The notes under the pieces were generated by a model. It was not told the origin of the DNA and did no database searches. It saw only the letters and a program-made list of their open reading frames with translations. This document shows, one piece after another, positions 1 to 12,843 of a DNA stretch of 64,000 nucleotides. The stretch comes from an uncultured Chloroflexia bacterium (lineage in GTDB: Bacteria > Chloroflexota > Limnocylindria > Limnocylindrales > CSP1-4), in the NCBI GenBank assembly GCA_963736895.1, contig CAVTQU010000008.1, positions 7,679-71,678 of the forward strand, in the 5' to 3' direction. The stretch's first letter is position 1, and every line of letters begins with the position of its first letter. The position numbers and the translations under genes are program-made.

Positions 1-560
1 CGATGCACATGTGCCTGCACCGAGGGCGTCGCGATGCGGTGCGGCCGGCTCGTGCACGAGCCGGAGTGGCTCGCGCACGATCGCCGGCGTGCCCGCCGCG
101 ACGGTCGACGACGCTCGCGCCGCGACTCGCGCGCCGCGCGCCGGGCGCAGCTGCTCGTCTTCGCCCGCTGGGTGCTCGTGATGACGCACTTCGAGCGCGG
201 CCTGTACGCCGACCCCGACGGCCGACCACGACGCACCGTGGTGGGATCTCGTCGAGCGGTTCCAGCTCGTGCACCGGCCCGACGGGCCGCAACGCGCCCG
301 ACTGGGCCGCGAAGATCCACCTCGCGGTCGCGCCCGTCTACTACCAGAACTACCTGTACGGCGAGCTGATCGCGTCGCAACTGTCCGCGACCCTCAACGA
401 GCGGTTCGGGGGAATCGTCGACCGCCCCGAGGCCGGAACGTTCCTGGCGCGAGAGATCTTCACCCCGGGCGCGCGGGCGCGCTGGGACCAGCTCATCGAA
501 CAAGCGACCGGCTCACCGTTCACGGCGGAGGTCCTGGCGCACGAGCTCGCGGCGCGGTAG
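1..560 (+). CDS. M3/M2-family metallopeptidase, C-terminal part (5' truncated, frameshifted)
   Basis: Pieces in different frames: WVLVMTHFERGLYADPD and PDWAAKIHLAVAPVYYQNYLYGELIASQL; stop at 558-560. Confidence 0.7.
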   Translation, partial: MHMCLHRGRRDAVRPARARAGVARARSPACPPRRSTTLAPRLARRAPGAAARLRPLGARDDALRARPVRRPRRPTTTHRGGISSSGSSSCTGPTGRNAPDWAAKIHLAVAPVYYQNYLYGELIASQLSATLNERFGGIVDRPEAGTFLAREIFTPGARARWDQLIEQATGSPFTAEVLAHELAAR

Positions 561-563
561 CGG

Positions 564-1150
564 TCAGGCCTCCCGCGGCGGGAGCGGCGCACAGTGCCAC
601 TTCCACCGGTCGCGGCGAGGTCGGTCGTCGAGCGCGATGCGACCGTTCGCCCACCGGAGCGTGTCCCAGGGGTCGGCGTCGGCGGGCGCTTCGGGAAAGA
701 GGCGCACCAACGTGCGCCCGCAAAGCGCCCGATCCGGACTGAACGCGAGACCGAGGCCAGCGCGCCGCGTCGTCGGTGTGTACGAGCAGCTCGTCGCAGG
801 CCATCGCCGCGAACCCGGACGGGTCGGCTTGACCGAACGGGTGGAAACCGCGTGCCTCGGGCGGCGCGGCGTCGATGACCGCGGCGAGCAGGCTCGCGGT
901 CGTACCGAGGGTTGCCATCAGGACGTCGGGAGTCGCGGTGGCCTCGATTGCCGGCTGGAAGGCCGCCAGGTCGGCACCGCGCGCGGAGAGGTCGAACGCG
1001 TACCAGACGCATGCCTGCGCGGCATGGGCCACGGCCATCGCCACGGTCCACTCCATCTGCGGGATCGGGATCGACCAATCGCGGTCGACCGCCGGCGCGA
1101 GCACCCGTTCGCACTCGCGCTGCCGCGGCGCGGACGTCGTCGCCGTTCAC
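564..1150 (-). CDS. Mycothiol-dependent maleylpyruvate isomerase N-terminal/DinB-like protein (frameshifted)
   Basis: DWSIPIPQMEWTVAMAVAH...GFHPFGQADPSGFAAMACDELLVHTDD in ORF 520..1104; boundaries approximate. Confidence 0.65.
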
Positions 1151-1174
1151 CGTCCTGACGCTACCGTCACCGCC

Positions 1175-2380
<1,206 letters not shown>

Positions 2381-2454
2381 GACCCAGGGCGTTACCAGCC
2401 CACCAAATGGGTGGGCTGGTAACGCCCGATGCGCCGGTCGCTAGGGTCGGCGGG

Positions 2455-4509
<2,055 letters not shown>

Positions 4510-4542
4510 GCAGCGCGGCGGGGTCTACCGACGCACGGGCAG

Positions 4543-5237
4543 TCAGCGGCCGTCGACTGTAGGAGCCGGCCGCCAGCTCCTCGGCGATCGCCCAGCCGAA
4601 CGCGATCATCGCCTGGCCGCGCGTCGCGTCGAGGTCACCGACGAGCGACACGATCTTGGCGCCGCCCGATCGCCTTCACCGGGCTCGCGTCGAGCACCGG
4701 CACGCACGGGGGCTTGCGACCCTTGACGGCGACGCGTGAACGCACGGTCGTCGAAGTGCGGTTCGAACGCCGAAGCGCTTCGCGAGCCGGCGACCCCACG
4801 CGCGGTCCTCGCCGTTCGGCGTGTAGCCCGGGCCGCGGCACGACGTTCGCGTAGCTCTGCGAGCAGCGCGTAGCAGCTCGGCTGCGCAGAGCCGGGTCGC
4901 GACGAGCACGTCCTCGTCGGGGAACGAGATCGCGGCCCGGCGCGACAGCTCGCCGGTCATCGACCTTGAGCGTCGCGGCCGGCGCTGCTTGCCCTTGCGC
5001 GCGACGCCGAGCCCCCACAGGATCGACGGCGTGCCGCCGATGCGTTCGAGCGAGCCGAGCATGACGCCCTGGAGCTCGCCGTCGAGCATCGCGACGACGG
5101 CGAGCGGGAATGCTTCGACCTGGCGGTCGAGCTCCTCGTCGGCCGATCGGCGAGCCCGTTGCCGCGAGCAGGAGTTGACCGAACTCATCGAGCTCTGCGG
5201 GCTTCAGCGAGACGGAATCACGGGATTCGACGTTCAT
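4543..5237 (-). CDS. Conserved hypothetical protein (frameshifted; end approximate)
   Basis: Coherent protein-like pieces MNVESRDSVSLKPAELDEFGQLL, GSLERIGGTPSILWGLG, RRAAISFPDEDVLV, GEDRAWGRRLAKRF, AMIAFGWAIAEEL. Confidence 0.55.
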
Positions 5238-5289
5238 CGCCAATAGATTGTGGCCGAAGTGACCCCTCGAGCGAAAGTCGGGCTCGGGT

Positions 5290-6282
5290 GTTCTGTCCCT
5301 CGTCGGTGTCCTCTTTGCCCTGTCGATCGCCGTGTTTGCGATCCGCGCGGTCCTACCGGCCGACCCGATTCGGGCGATGGTCGGTGGCTCGGCACCGGCT
5401 GCCGTTGTTGAACGAGTGCGCCACGAGCTGGGATACGACCAACCGCTGCCGGTCCAGTACGTCACGTTCCTGCAGAAGGCAGTGACCGGGGATTTTGGTA
5501 CGTCGCTGCGGACGCGCCGTCCGGTGCAGCCAGGACATAGCCCAGTTCGGGCCGGCCACGCTGGAGCTGGCCCTCTGGACGGGGCTTCTGGTGTTCGGAT
5601 TGGCACTGGTCCTGGGCACATGGGCCGCATCGGGACGAGCTGGCTCAGGACCTCTTCGGGTCGTCATGAACGCGCTGGCGTCGGCGCCGACGTTCGCCGT
5701 CGCCCTTTTCCTGCTGATAGTGCTGTACAAGCAGCTCGGTCTCTTCCCGCCAGGTGCGCGACTGAGTGATGGGGTCAACCCAGCTGGCCCGACCGGCCTG
5801 TACGTATTAGATGGCATCATCCAGCTCGATTTTCAGAAGAGCCTTGACGGCTTTGGCACCTGGTCATTCCGTGCATATGTTTGGCGATCGTGCCGGCAGT
5901 GGCAATAGCGCGCGTGCTGCACGGCTCGCTCGAATTCGGTGATGCGAGAAGACTTCGTCAGAACCGCGCGTTCAAAGGGACTGACAGGCCGTGGAGTCGT
6001 CCTTAATCACGGACTGCGTAACGCCTCTGGACCCGCACTGTCCATGGCCGGCCTTCAGTTCGGAGCCCTCCTGACGGGCGTCGTGATCATCGAACAGATG
6101 CTGTCGTGGCCAGGTCTCGGCAGGTACGCGAGCCAGGCGATCGAGGTTGCCGATTTCCCGGCGATCACAGCCGTGGTTCTAGTCCTCGGCGTGGCCTATG
6201 TTCTGGTCAACTTCATCGTTGACTTTCTCCAGCTGGGTGCAGATCCGCGACTTCGGGCCCGCGAGCTGGAGTGCAATCTTGA
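5290..6282 (+). CDS. Peptide/nickel ABC transporter permease DppB/OppB-like (5' truncated, frameshifted)
   Basis: LPADPIRAMVG...LGYDQPLPVQY...GDFGTS, PATLEL, EDFVRTARSKGL...HGLRNA, DPRLR. Confidence 0.85.
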
Positions 6283-6283
6283 A

Positions 6284-8258
6284 ATGAGCAGCAACGCCGA
6301 GACATCTCCAGCGGGCGAGCCCGTCGCTTCAGTCCGCGACCTGCATATCTCGCTCCGCCGCCAGGATGGCACGCTGCGGGCTCTGCGCGGCGTGTCCCTC
6401 GACATTCAGCCTGGCGAGATCGTCGCCCTCGTCGGCGAGTCCGGCTCAGGAAAAAGCGTCCTCTCGCAGGCCATCCTGGGTTTCCTGCCCGACGCGCCCG
6501 ACGTCACCGTTTCCGGCCAAGTCAGCGTCACCGGCGTCGACATGCTTACCGCTCCTGATTCGCAGCGACGTGCTGTCCGACGCGAGCTCTTGGGGGCAGT
6601 CTTTCAGGATCCGTTGATGTCTCTGAATCCGTCGATGCCCATTGGACGGCAGCTGACCGAACGGGGCATCGAGCACGACCTCGCGGTGCAGCACATGGTC
6701 GAGGCGGGCGTTCCTGCGGCCGAACGCAGGAGCGGCCAGTTCCCGCACGAGCTGTCGGGAGGTCTCAGGCAAAGGGTCATGATCGCCATGGCGCGCGGCG
6801 GATCAGGCGTCATCGAAAAGGACAAAGTTCGCGGTGACGCCTTTGGAGCGCCGCGCCTTATCGTGGCTGACGAGCCGACGACGGCTCTAGACACGAGCGT
6901 GCAGGCGCAGATCCTGCTGCTGTTCGATCGACTCCGACGGGACCATGGAACGGCCGTTTTGTTCGTCACCCACGACCTGGCCGTTGCGGCATCGATTGCC
7001 GACCGCGTGGCCGTGCTCTACGCCGGACTGATATGCGAATTGGGCACGACAGAAGATGTCCTCTCACACCCCCGACACCCCTACGCCGCGGCATTGCTCG
7101 CGGCGAGCCGCGAGCTGCGCGGAGATGGACGCACAACGGAGGTGCCCGATAAGCCGCTTGACCCCATTGCTCTACCGCCAGGCTGCGCCTTCGCGCCCCG
7201 CTGCGCCCGACGAACAGCCGAGTGCGAGATCGAGCCACCGCCAGGTCTTGCCTTTGTGGGTCCGGAGCCAGACCACGTAGCCGCGTGTCTGCATCCTCTG
7301 CCGACGACGGGCTCGGCGCCCGCGACAGAGATCCCAATGGCGAACAGACCGCAGGACCAAATCGTTGATGCGCCGCCTGCTGCTGGAGCTTCGTAACGTC
7401 ACCAAGACGTTCGTCAGCGGCGACAAGGCAATCAGGGCTGTCGATGACGTCAGCATTTCCGTGCCGGAGGGTGGCTGCGTCGCGCTCGTCGGCGAGAGCG
7501 GCAGCGGCAAGACGACCGTCCTTCGTATGGCCGCCGGGTTGGTAAAGGCTGAAAGTGGTGACGTGCGCTGGGCCGGCCAGCGGCCACAGCTCGTCTACCA
7601 GGACGCGACGGCTTCGTTGACGCCCTGGATGAGCATCGGCGACCAGATCGAGGAGCGGTTGTCCCTGCGCGGCGTGCCAAAAACGTCTCGCGCCGGGCTG
7701 ATTGCCGAATACCTGGACCGCGTGCATCTGGACCACAACGTGGCTCATGCCCGTCCGCGCGAGCTCTCGGGGGGGCAACGCCAGCGCGCGGCGATTGCGC
7801 GAGCCCTGAGCTCGGCGCCGCGTGTTCTCCTGTGCGACGAGCCGGTGAGTGCCCTGGACGCAACGCTCACCGTTCGGATCCTGCGTCTACTGAGCGAGAT
7901 TCGAGTCTCGCTTGGCGTCGCACTGCTCGTGGTCACCCACGACCTAGATGCTGCGCGGGCAATCGCTCAGGACATCTACGTGATGTATCACGGTCGCGTC
8001 GTCGAACACTCTCCAACCGAGGATGTCTTCGCCCGGCCACGCCACCCCTACACCCAGGGCCTATTGGCGGCCAGTCCGGGTGCCTCGGCCGGACACCTCG
8101 CGCCCACGCTGGAGGGCGAGCCGCCCGACCCGTTTGAGCATCTGGAGGGCTGCGCATTCGCGCCCCGCTGTCCAATCGCCGTGGCGCGCTGTGCTGTCGA
8201 GATCCCGGCGCTCCGCAAGCTGGATGAGAAGACCGAAGCCGCCTGCCACCTCGCCTGA
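6284..8258 (+). CDS. Peptide ABC transporter ATP-binding DppD/DppF (two ABC domains; either two genes 6284-7396 and 7365-8258 or one fused gene with an indel)
   Basis: Two Walker A motifs GESGSGKS/GESGSGKT, LSGGLRQR/LSGGQRQR, ADEPT/CDEPV, HPY and C-terminal GCAFAPRC motifs. Confidence 0.9.
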
Positions 8259-8260
8259 GC

Positions 8261-8638
8261 TCAGGTGGGAGTCGCGATTACCTGATCACCGTCCAGGATC
8301 ACTGCGCGAACTCCACTTCGTTCGGCGACGGCCTGCGTGTATGCGTCCAGATAGGACGCGCGATTGAGGTCCACCAGCTCGAGCGCGCGCAGTAGCACGA
8401 CGTCGTCCACGACAGCCACTGTGGGATGGCCGACTATCGCGCGCCCGATCTCGCGCAGCTGACTCCCCTCGATTCCTTCCGCGCGCCGCTCGAGCGTAGT
8501 CATGACCTCCGCGAAGGCAACGTCGGTCAGCAGCAGCACCTCGTCGCGCGACAAGAGATCCGTCGCTGCGGCTGCAAGCTGTGGAGGCTGGCCAAGCAGG
8601 TGCTGCAACAGCACTCGCGCGCCAAGAAAGGCCGGCAA
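8261..8638 (-). CDS. PIN-domain (VapC-like) toxin, degenerate active site
   Basis: PIN-like pattern AFAEV...LLRALEL...YLDAY...AVAERSG, directly downstream of an AbrB-type gene; N-terminal DTN motif reads GAR. Confidence 0.65.
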   Translation of the reverse strand: MPAFLGARVLLQHLLGQPPQLAAAATDLLSRDEVLLLTDVAFAEVMTTLERRAEGIEGSQLREIGRAIVGHPTVAVVDDVVLLRALELVDLNRASYLDAYTQAVAERSGVRAVILDGDQVIATPT

Positions 8639-8640
8639 AT

Positions 8641-9021
8641 CTAGGAGCGAGGGCTGACTGCGTCGACGCTGCGGCTGCGTGCCCGCTTGGCACTCGATGT
8701 CGAGGGCGAGATCGCTTTGGCGTGGTCGGAGGCTGCCTTCGCGCCTGACGATCGGACACCGGCACGCAGATCGGCCGCGCCCGAACGAGTTCGGTTCGCG
8801 CGGGCACGAGCCACCACGTCATCCCAAGACGTGCCCCGTGTCGGTGCCGGGCCGGCTATTAGTCCTGCCATGTCGAGCAGATTGGGAGTCCGCGCGATGA
8901 TGGCCCGTTCTCCTTCGACGCGAAAGACGACGTGGTCGCCGTCCTCGACACCGAGCGCCTCGCGGATGATCTTCGGGATGGTGATCTGACCCTTGCATGT
9001 CACGCGCGCGGCAGCTTCCAT
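8641..9021 (-). CDS. AbrB/MazE/SpoVT-family antitoxin
   Basis: ARVTCKGQITIPKIIREALGVEDGDHVVFRVEG; GGAGG SD upstream. Confidence 0.85.
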   Translation of the reverse strand: MEAAARVTCKGQITIPKIIREALGVEDGDHVVFRVEGERAIIARTPNLLDMAGLIAGPAPTRGTSWDDVVARARANRTRSGAADLRAGVRSSGAKAASDHAKAISPSTSSAKRARSRSVDAVSPRS

Positions 9022-9145
9022 CCGTCCTCCTTACTTTTCAGCCAAGTGCCGACTACAGGATACGCGGAGGGATGGCACCTTCGGAAGCGAAACATGAGGG
9101 GTGCACTGGGCGCTACGGCTTATCGCAAGGCATCACGGCCCGAGC

Positions 9146-9194
9146 CGGACCAGCGAGCTTAGGTCAGGTACTCACCTTCTCGCGAGGCGCGGAA
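9146..9194. repeat. Imperfect direct repeat copy A (49 nt) of the Kelch gene 3' end
   Basis: cggaccagcgagcttaggtcaggtactcaccttctcgcgaggcgcggaa matches 11335-11382 at 42/49 positions with a 15-nt exact core taggtcaggtactca. Confidence 0.85.
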
Positions 9195-9361
9195 TTATGG
9201 TCGCGGCTGGCTGCGCACAATTGCTACTGATTCACAGCAGACCTTCACGCGGATGAAACCCTCTTCGAAGCTGCGTGGAATGCTTCGGCACGCGAACCAG
9301 GTCCATAGTGGCCAGACGGGCGTCTTTCCGTGCGCCCTGGGCAGACTTTCTGGAGCCTCTC

Positions 9362-10876
9362 ATGATCCGCTTCCGTCCAACCTCACTCTCGCGTCCACCC
9401 CTTCTGTTCACCTTGGGAGCCGCCGCGGTACTCCTGGCAGCCGCCTGCACTGGGCCAACGGCCTCACCGTCCCCCTCAGTCGGCGCGCCGGGAACACTAC
9501 GGCCAACACAGGCGGCAACGACCGCGCCGTCGGTGGCCCTTGAAACAGCTACTGCGCTCGCAACGTCGACTCCTCTGCCCGAAGCATGCACGGTCGTGGC
9601 GACCGCGCTGCTGAACCCTCGTGGCATCAGCGTGGCGGCGGACGGAACGCTCTACATTGCCGAGGCCGGCGATGCTGGTACGGAACCCGACTTCCCGAAT
9701 GCGCCGCCGCCCAGCCCCGGTGCAAGCTCATCAACATCAAGTCCCGCGCCCAGTGCGGCGGGGTCGCCGGCCCCCGTAACGACCCACGGCGAAACAGGTC
9801 GCGTATCAAAGGTCACACCGGATGGCACGCAGTCGGTGGTCGTTGACGGCCTGACCTCGTACGGCTTCGGCACCGAGATCGTTGGGCCGGCCGACGTGGT
9901 GGTCGCCGACGACGGCACCCTTTATGTGTCGAACGGCGGACCTGGCCCCGCCCTCGGACAGATCATCCCGGCCGGCACCGCCGGCAAGGTCGTGTCGGTC
10001 GACAGCACGGGCACGGTGACTGTTGTTGCCGATCTCGGTGAGGCCGAGCGTTCCCAGAACCCCGACCCGAACGCCATTGACAGCGATTTGGGCGGCCTGG
10101 CGATCGGTACCGATGGCCTGCTCTACGTGGCAATTCCGGCGGCAACGACATCTACACAGTCGATCCGGCCACCGGGGAGATCAACTTGCTGGCCGTGATA
10201 CCGGGTCTGCCGTCGGCCGACGGCGCGCCGAATCCAGCTCGCGGGGGAGCCGCCGAAGTCGATCCCGTACCAACTGATGTCGAGGCGGATCCCAATGGGG
10301 GCGTCTTCGTCGGTCTCTTGCCCGGTGCAGCCCTCTGGGGAACGCCTGGTTCTGCCAAGGTGATCCACGTCGATCCCGATGGCACGATCACCGACGCCGC
10401 GACCGGTCTGAACACCGTGGTCGGCGTGGCCGTGGCTGGCAGATTCGTCTCTGTACGCCAGTCAGCTGTCCGCAAACCTGCTGGCGCAACCGCCGGAGCC
10501 GGGCAGCGTGGCCCTCGCCACTGACGCGGCACCGGAGGATGTGGTGATCGGCCTGCCAGGCCCGTATGGCATTGCGTTTGGCCCAGACGGCAGTCTGTAC
10601 GTCGCCATAAACGCCTCGGCCCCTTCGGGCACGCCGGCGCAGGGTCAGGTCCTGAAGTGCGAAGTCCCGGGTGTCGTCGTGCCTACACCGGCAGCCACGA
10701 CCCCGCCGGCCTCGCCCAGCGCTGCTGCCACGACTGAGCCTTCGCCGACCGAGCCACCCGCAACCACCGAGCCATCACCGACGGAGCCAACGCCGACTGC
10801 GACCGAAGAGCCCTCTGCCAGCCCGATCTCGTCAACCGAGGCCACGAGCTCGCCAGCCGCGTCGTCGACTCCGTAA
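9362..10876 (+). CDS. ScyD/ScyE-family beta-propeller lipoprotein with Pro/Thr-rich tail (two frameshifts)
   Basis: Lipobox LAAAC; LLNPRGISVAADGTLYIAEAG, DPVPTDVEADPNG, PYGIAFGPDGSLYVA across ORFs 9275..10198, 10186..10524, 10508..10876. Confidence 0.75.
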
Positions 10877-10895
10877 GAAATTGCCCGCGCTGGGG

Positions 10896-10919
10896 TTGGG
10901 CGCACGCTGGCGCGCCCAA
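10896..10919 (+). terminator. GC-rich hairpin downstream of the ScyD/E-like gene
   Basis: ttgggcgc...gcgcccaa inverted repeat 20 nt after the stop; no U-tract. Confidence 0.35.
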
Positions 10920-11334
10920 TATCAGCGTGGCTGATACGCCGGGGCGTGGGGAGCGTTAAGGACCGTCCTGATCGCCGGCACCGGCTGGATTTGCAGTCAG
11001 TTGAGCGTGGACGCGTGCCGTGGTCGGGTGAATTTGGCCACACCGGTCTCGAGGCAAGCCCTGCCTCTGCTACATCAGCGTCGCTGATATCGACGCCGCC
11101 GACGAGCCTATTGGCCGGACGATGCCGATGCCATTGGCAAAATGGCAGCAAGTGGGCCCTAAGACTTCCGCCGAGGCGCAAGCCGTTCGGCCGATCGAGC
11201 GGACAAGCGTGAAACGGAGCGGCCCTGCGAGCCTTAAGCCTCGATTGAGTCGGATATGCCGATGTGGTCGGCATCCGCTCGCCCCAGCGTGAAAGTCCAA
11301 GCGTGGAAGGTGAGGGCGCGGAAGCGCGCAGGAA

Positions 11335-11382
11335 CGGACGAGCGACCTAGGTCAGGTACTCATCTTCTGGAGGGGCGCGGAA
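11335..11382. repeat. Imperfect direct repeat copy B, overlapping the Kelch gene stop codon
   Basis: cggacgagcgacctaggtcaggtactcatcttctggaggggcgcggaa; see copy A at 9146-9194. Confidence 0.85.
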
Positions 11383-12843
11383 GCGGCCCCGCGAGATCCA
11401 CTCGAAGAAGCGGAACGTCTCGCGCTTGTGCGAGTAGCACCAGCCGATGATCACAAGGATCACGAAGTTCCCGAGGGCTGCAGATCCGGCGACGATGTAG
11501 CCCAGCTGCTGCCCGATCTCGCCCTGGATCGATAGGGCCGGGATGGTCACCCCGAACAGCCCGAGCCTGAAGAATGGCAACCTTGGCGCGACGTCGGCGC
11601 GCAGGATGGTCGCGTCGAGCGTGTCGCCGCCGGACGAGCCACCGACGATGTAGACGAACTGGCCCAGAACGGCGGCCGTGGCCTCGGCTCGTGGAGCTGG
11701 AAGAGTGGTGGCATCGAGCTGATGCCAGCCAGTGATGGTGCCGTCGATCGGGCTCGGATTGGCCCACATATCGGTGTCCACAGCAGCGCCGTTGGCGTCA
11801 TAGCCGCCAACCACGTGAATCGCACCTGAGTTGGTGAACGTCGCGAAGTCGTAGCGCGGCTCGGGCAGTGCTGCGGCAGCCGACTGCTCGACCGAGACGC
11901 CCCAGCCAAACACTCGGCCGGTGTCCGTGTCGATCGCAGGCTGGCCGTGCGTATCGAACTGCAGGAAGAAGACCGAGTTGGCGGCGCCGCCAGGGCCCTG
12001 TCCGCCGACGATGTACACCGCGCCACCGGCGCCGATCGCGCCAGCAGATGCGCGCGCCTCAGGAAGCGGCAGCTCGGTGAGCTCGGTGAACGGCTTGAGG
12101 GTGGCAGCACCCGACGCCGTTGAAAGCACCGATTGGTATGTCTTGGCCGAGACCGCGTCGTCCGCCGTACGGCCTCCGAATACGTATAGGCCCGCGGTGG
12201 TGGATGTGCCACTCAAGTCGCTGAGTGGCTCGGGCAGCGTCACAGCGGCTGGCTGCCAACCGGTGAGGGCGCCGTTGGTGATGATTCCCTGGAAGACCGT
12301 GTCCGTGGGTGCCCCGGCAGCGTCTTTTCCGCCGATCACGAAGGGCAGGCCACCCAGGCTGACAACTGCCGCATCCGAGCGCGGCTCGGGCAGGGGCGGA
12401 GCTTCGGTCCACTGGGCGAGGTTGCCGTCGAATGTGGTCGTCGTGAGCACGCTGGCCGTCGTTCCCGCCGGAGTGCGGCCGCCGATGATGTAGATGTTCT
12501 CGCCGTTCGTAGTGGAGCCGGCGCCGGCCCTGCCGCCACCTGGAAGGGCGAGCTGCTCGGGACTCTGCTCGTAAGGGATGACCGCGCCAGCCGGCGCCGG
12601 GCAGGGCAGCGTCTTGTTGTTTGCCGGGCACAGGTTGATGGGGCTGATCGCGTTGTAGCCCAGGTCGACCGTCGGCGCGACGGTGAAGTAATAACCGCGG
12701 TCGGGCACGTAGCCCAGCAGGAAGATGATCAGCAGGAACCACCACGTGGCCTTGATCGTTGCCCAGCCCCAGCCGTCGGCATCGAGGAGACCGAACACGG
12801 CACGGCGTTTGACAGCGCCGGGCGGCAGCGCGTACTCAGCCAT
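11347..12843 (-). CDS. Membrane-anchored Kelch-repeat beta-propeller protein
   Basis: Six Kelch-type repeats (IYIIGG, PFVIGG, LYVFGG, VYIVGG, IHVVGG, VYIVGG with LPEPR spacers) between N- and C-terminal hydrophobic helices; ATG abuts the upstream stop. Confidence 0.8.
   Translation of the reverse strand: MAEYALPPGAVKRRAVFGLLDADGWGWATIKATWWFLLIIFLLGYVPDRGYYFTVAPTVDLGYNAISPINLCPANNKTLPCPAPAGAVIPYEQSPEQLALPGGGRAGAGSTTNGENIYIIGGRTPAGTTASVLTTTTFDGNLAQWTEAPPLPEPRSDAAVVSLGGLPFVIGGKDAAGAPTDTVFQGIITNGALTGWQPAAVTLPEPLSDLSGTSTTAGLYVFGGRTADDAVSAKTYQSVLSTASGAATLKPFTELTELPLPEARASAGAIGAGGAVYIVGGQGPGGAANSVFFLQFDTHGQPAIDTDTGRVFGWGVSVEQSAAAALPEPRYDFATFTNSGAIHVVGGYDANGAAVDTDMWANPSPIDGTITGWHQLDATTLPAPRAEATAAVLGQFVYIVGGSSGGDTLDATILRADVAPRLPFFRLGLFGVTIPALSIQGEIGQQLGYIVAGSAALGNFVILVIIGWCYSHKRETFRFFEWISRGRFRAPPEDEYLT

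Noticed and set aside
5939-7396. Apparent permease-ATPase fusion ORF
   Set aside because: An off-frame TGA (6280-6282) sits right before ATG 6284; a single indel in an error-prone region explains the fusion
11040-11170. Possible methyltransferase remnant (minus strand VGGVDISDADVAEA)
   Set aside because: Only one short motif-like segment and no glycine-rich motif I; insufficient support
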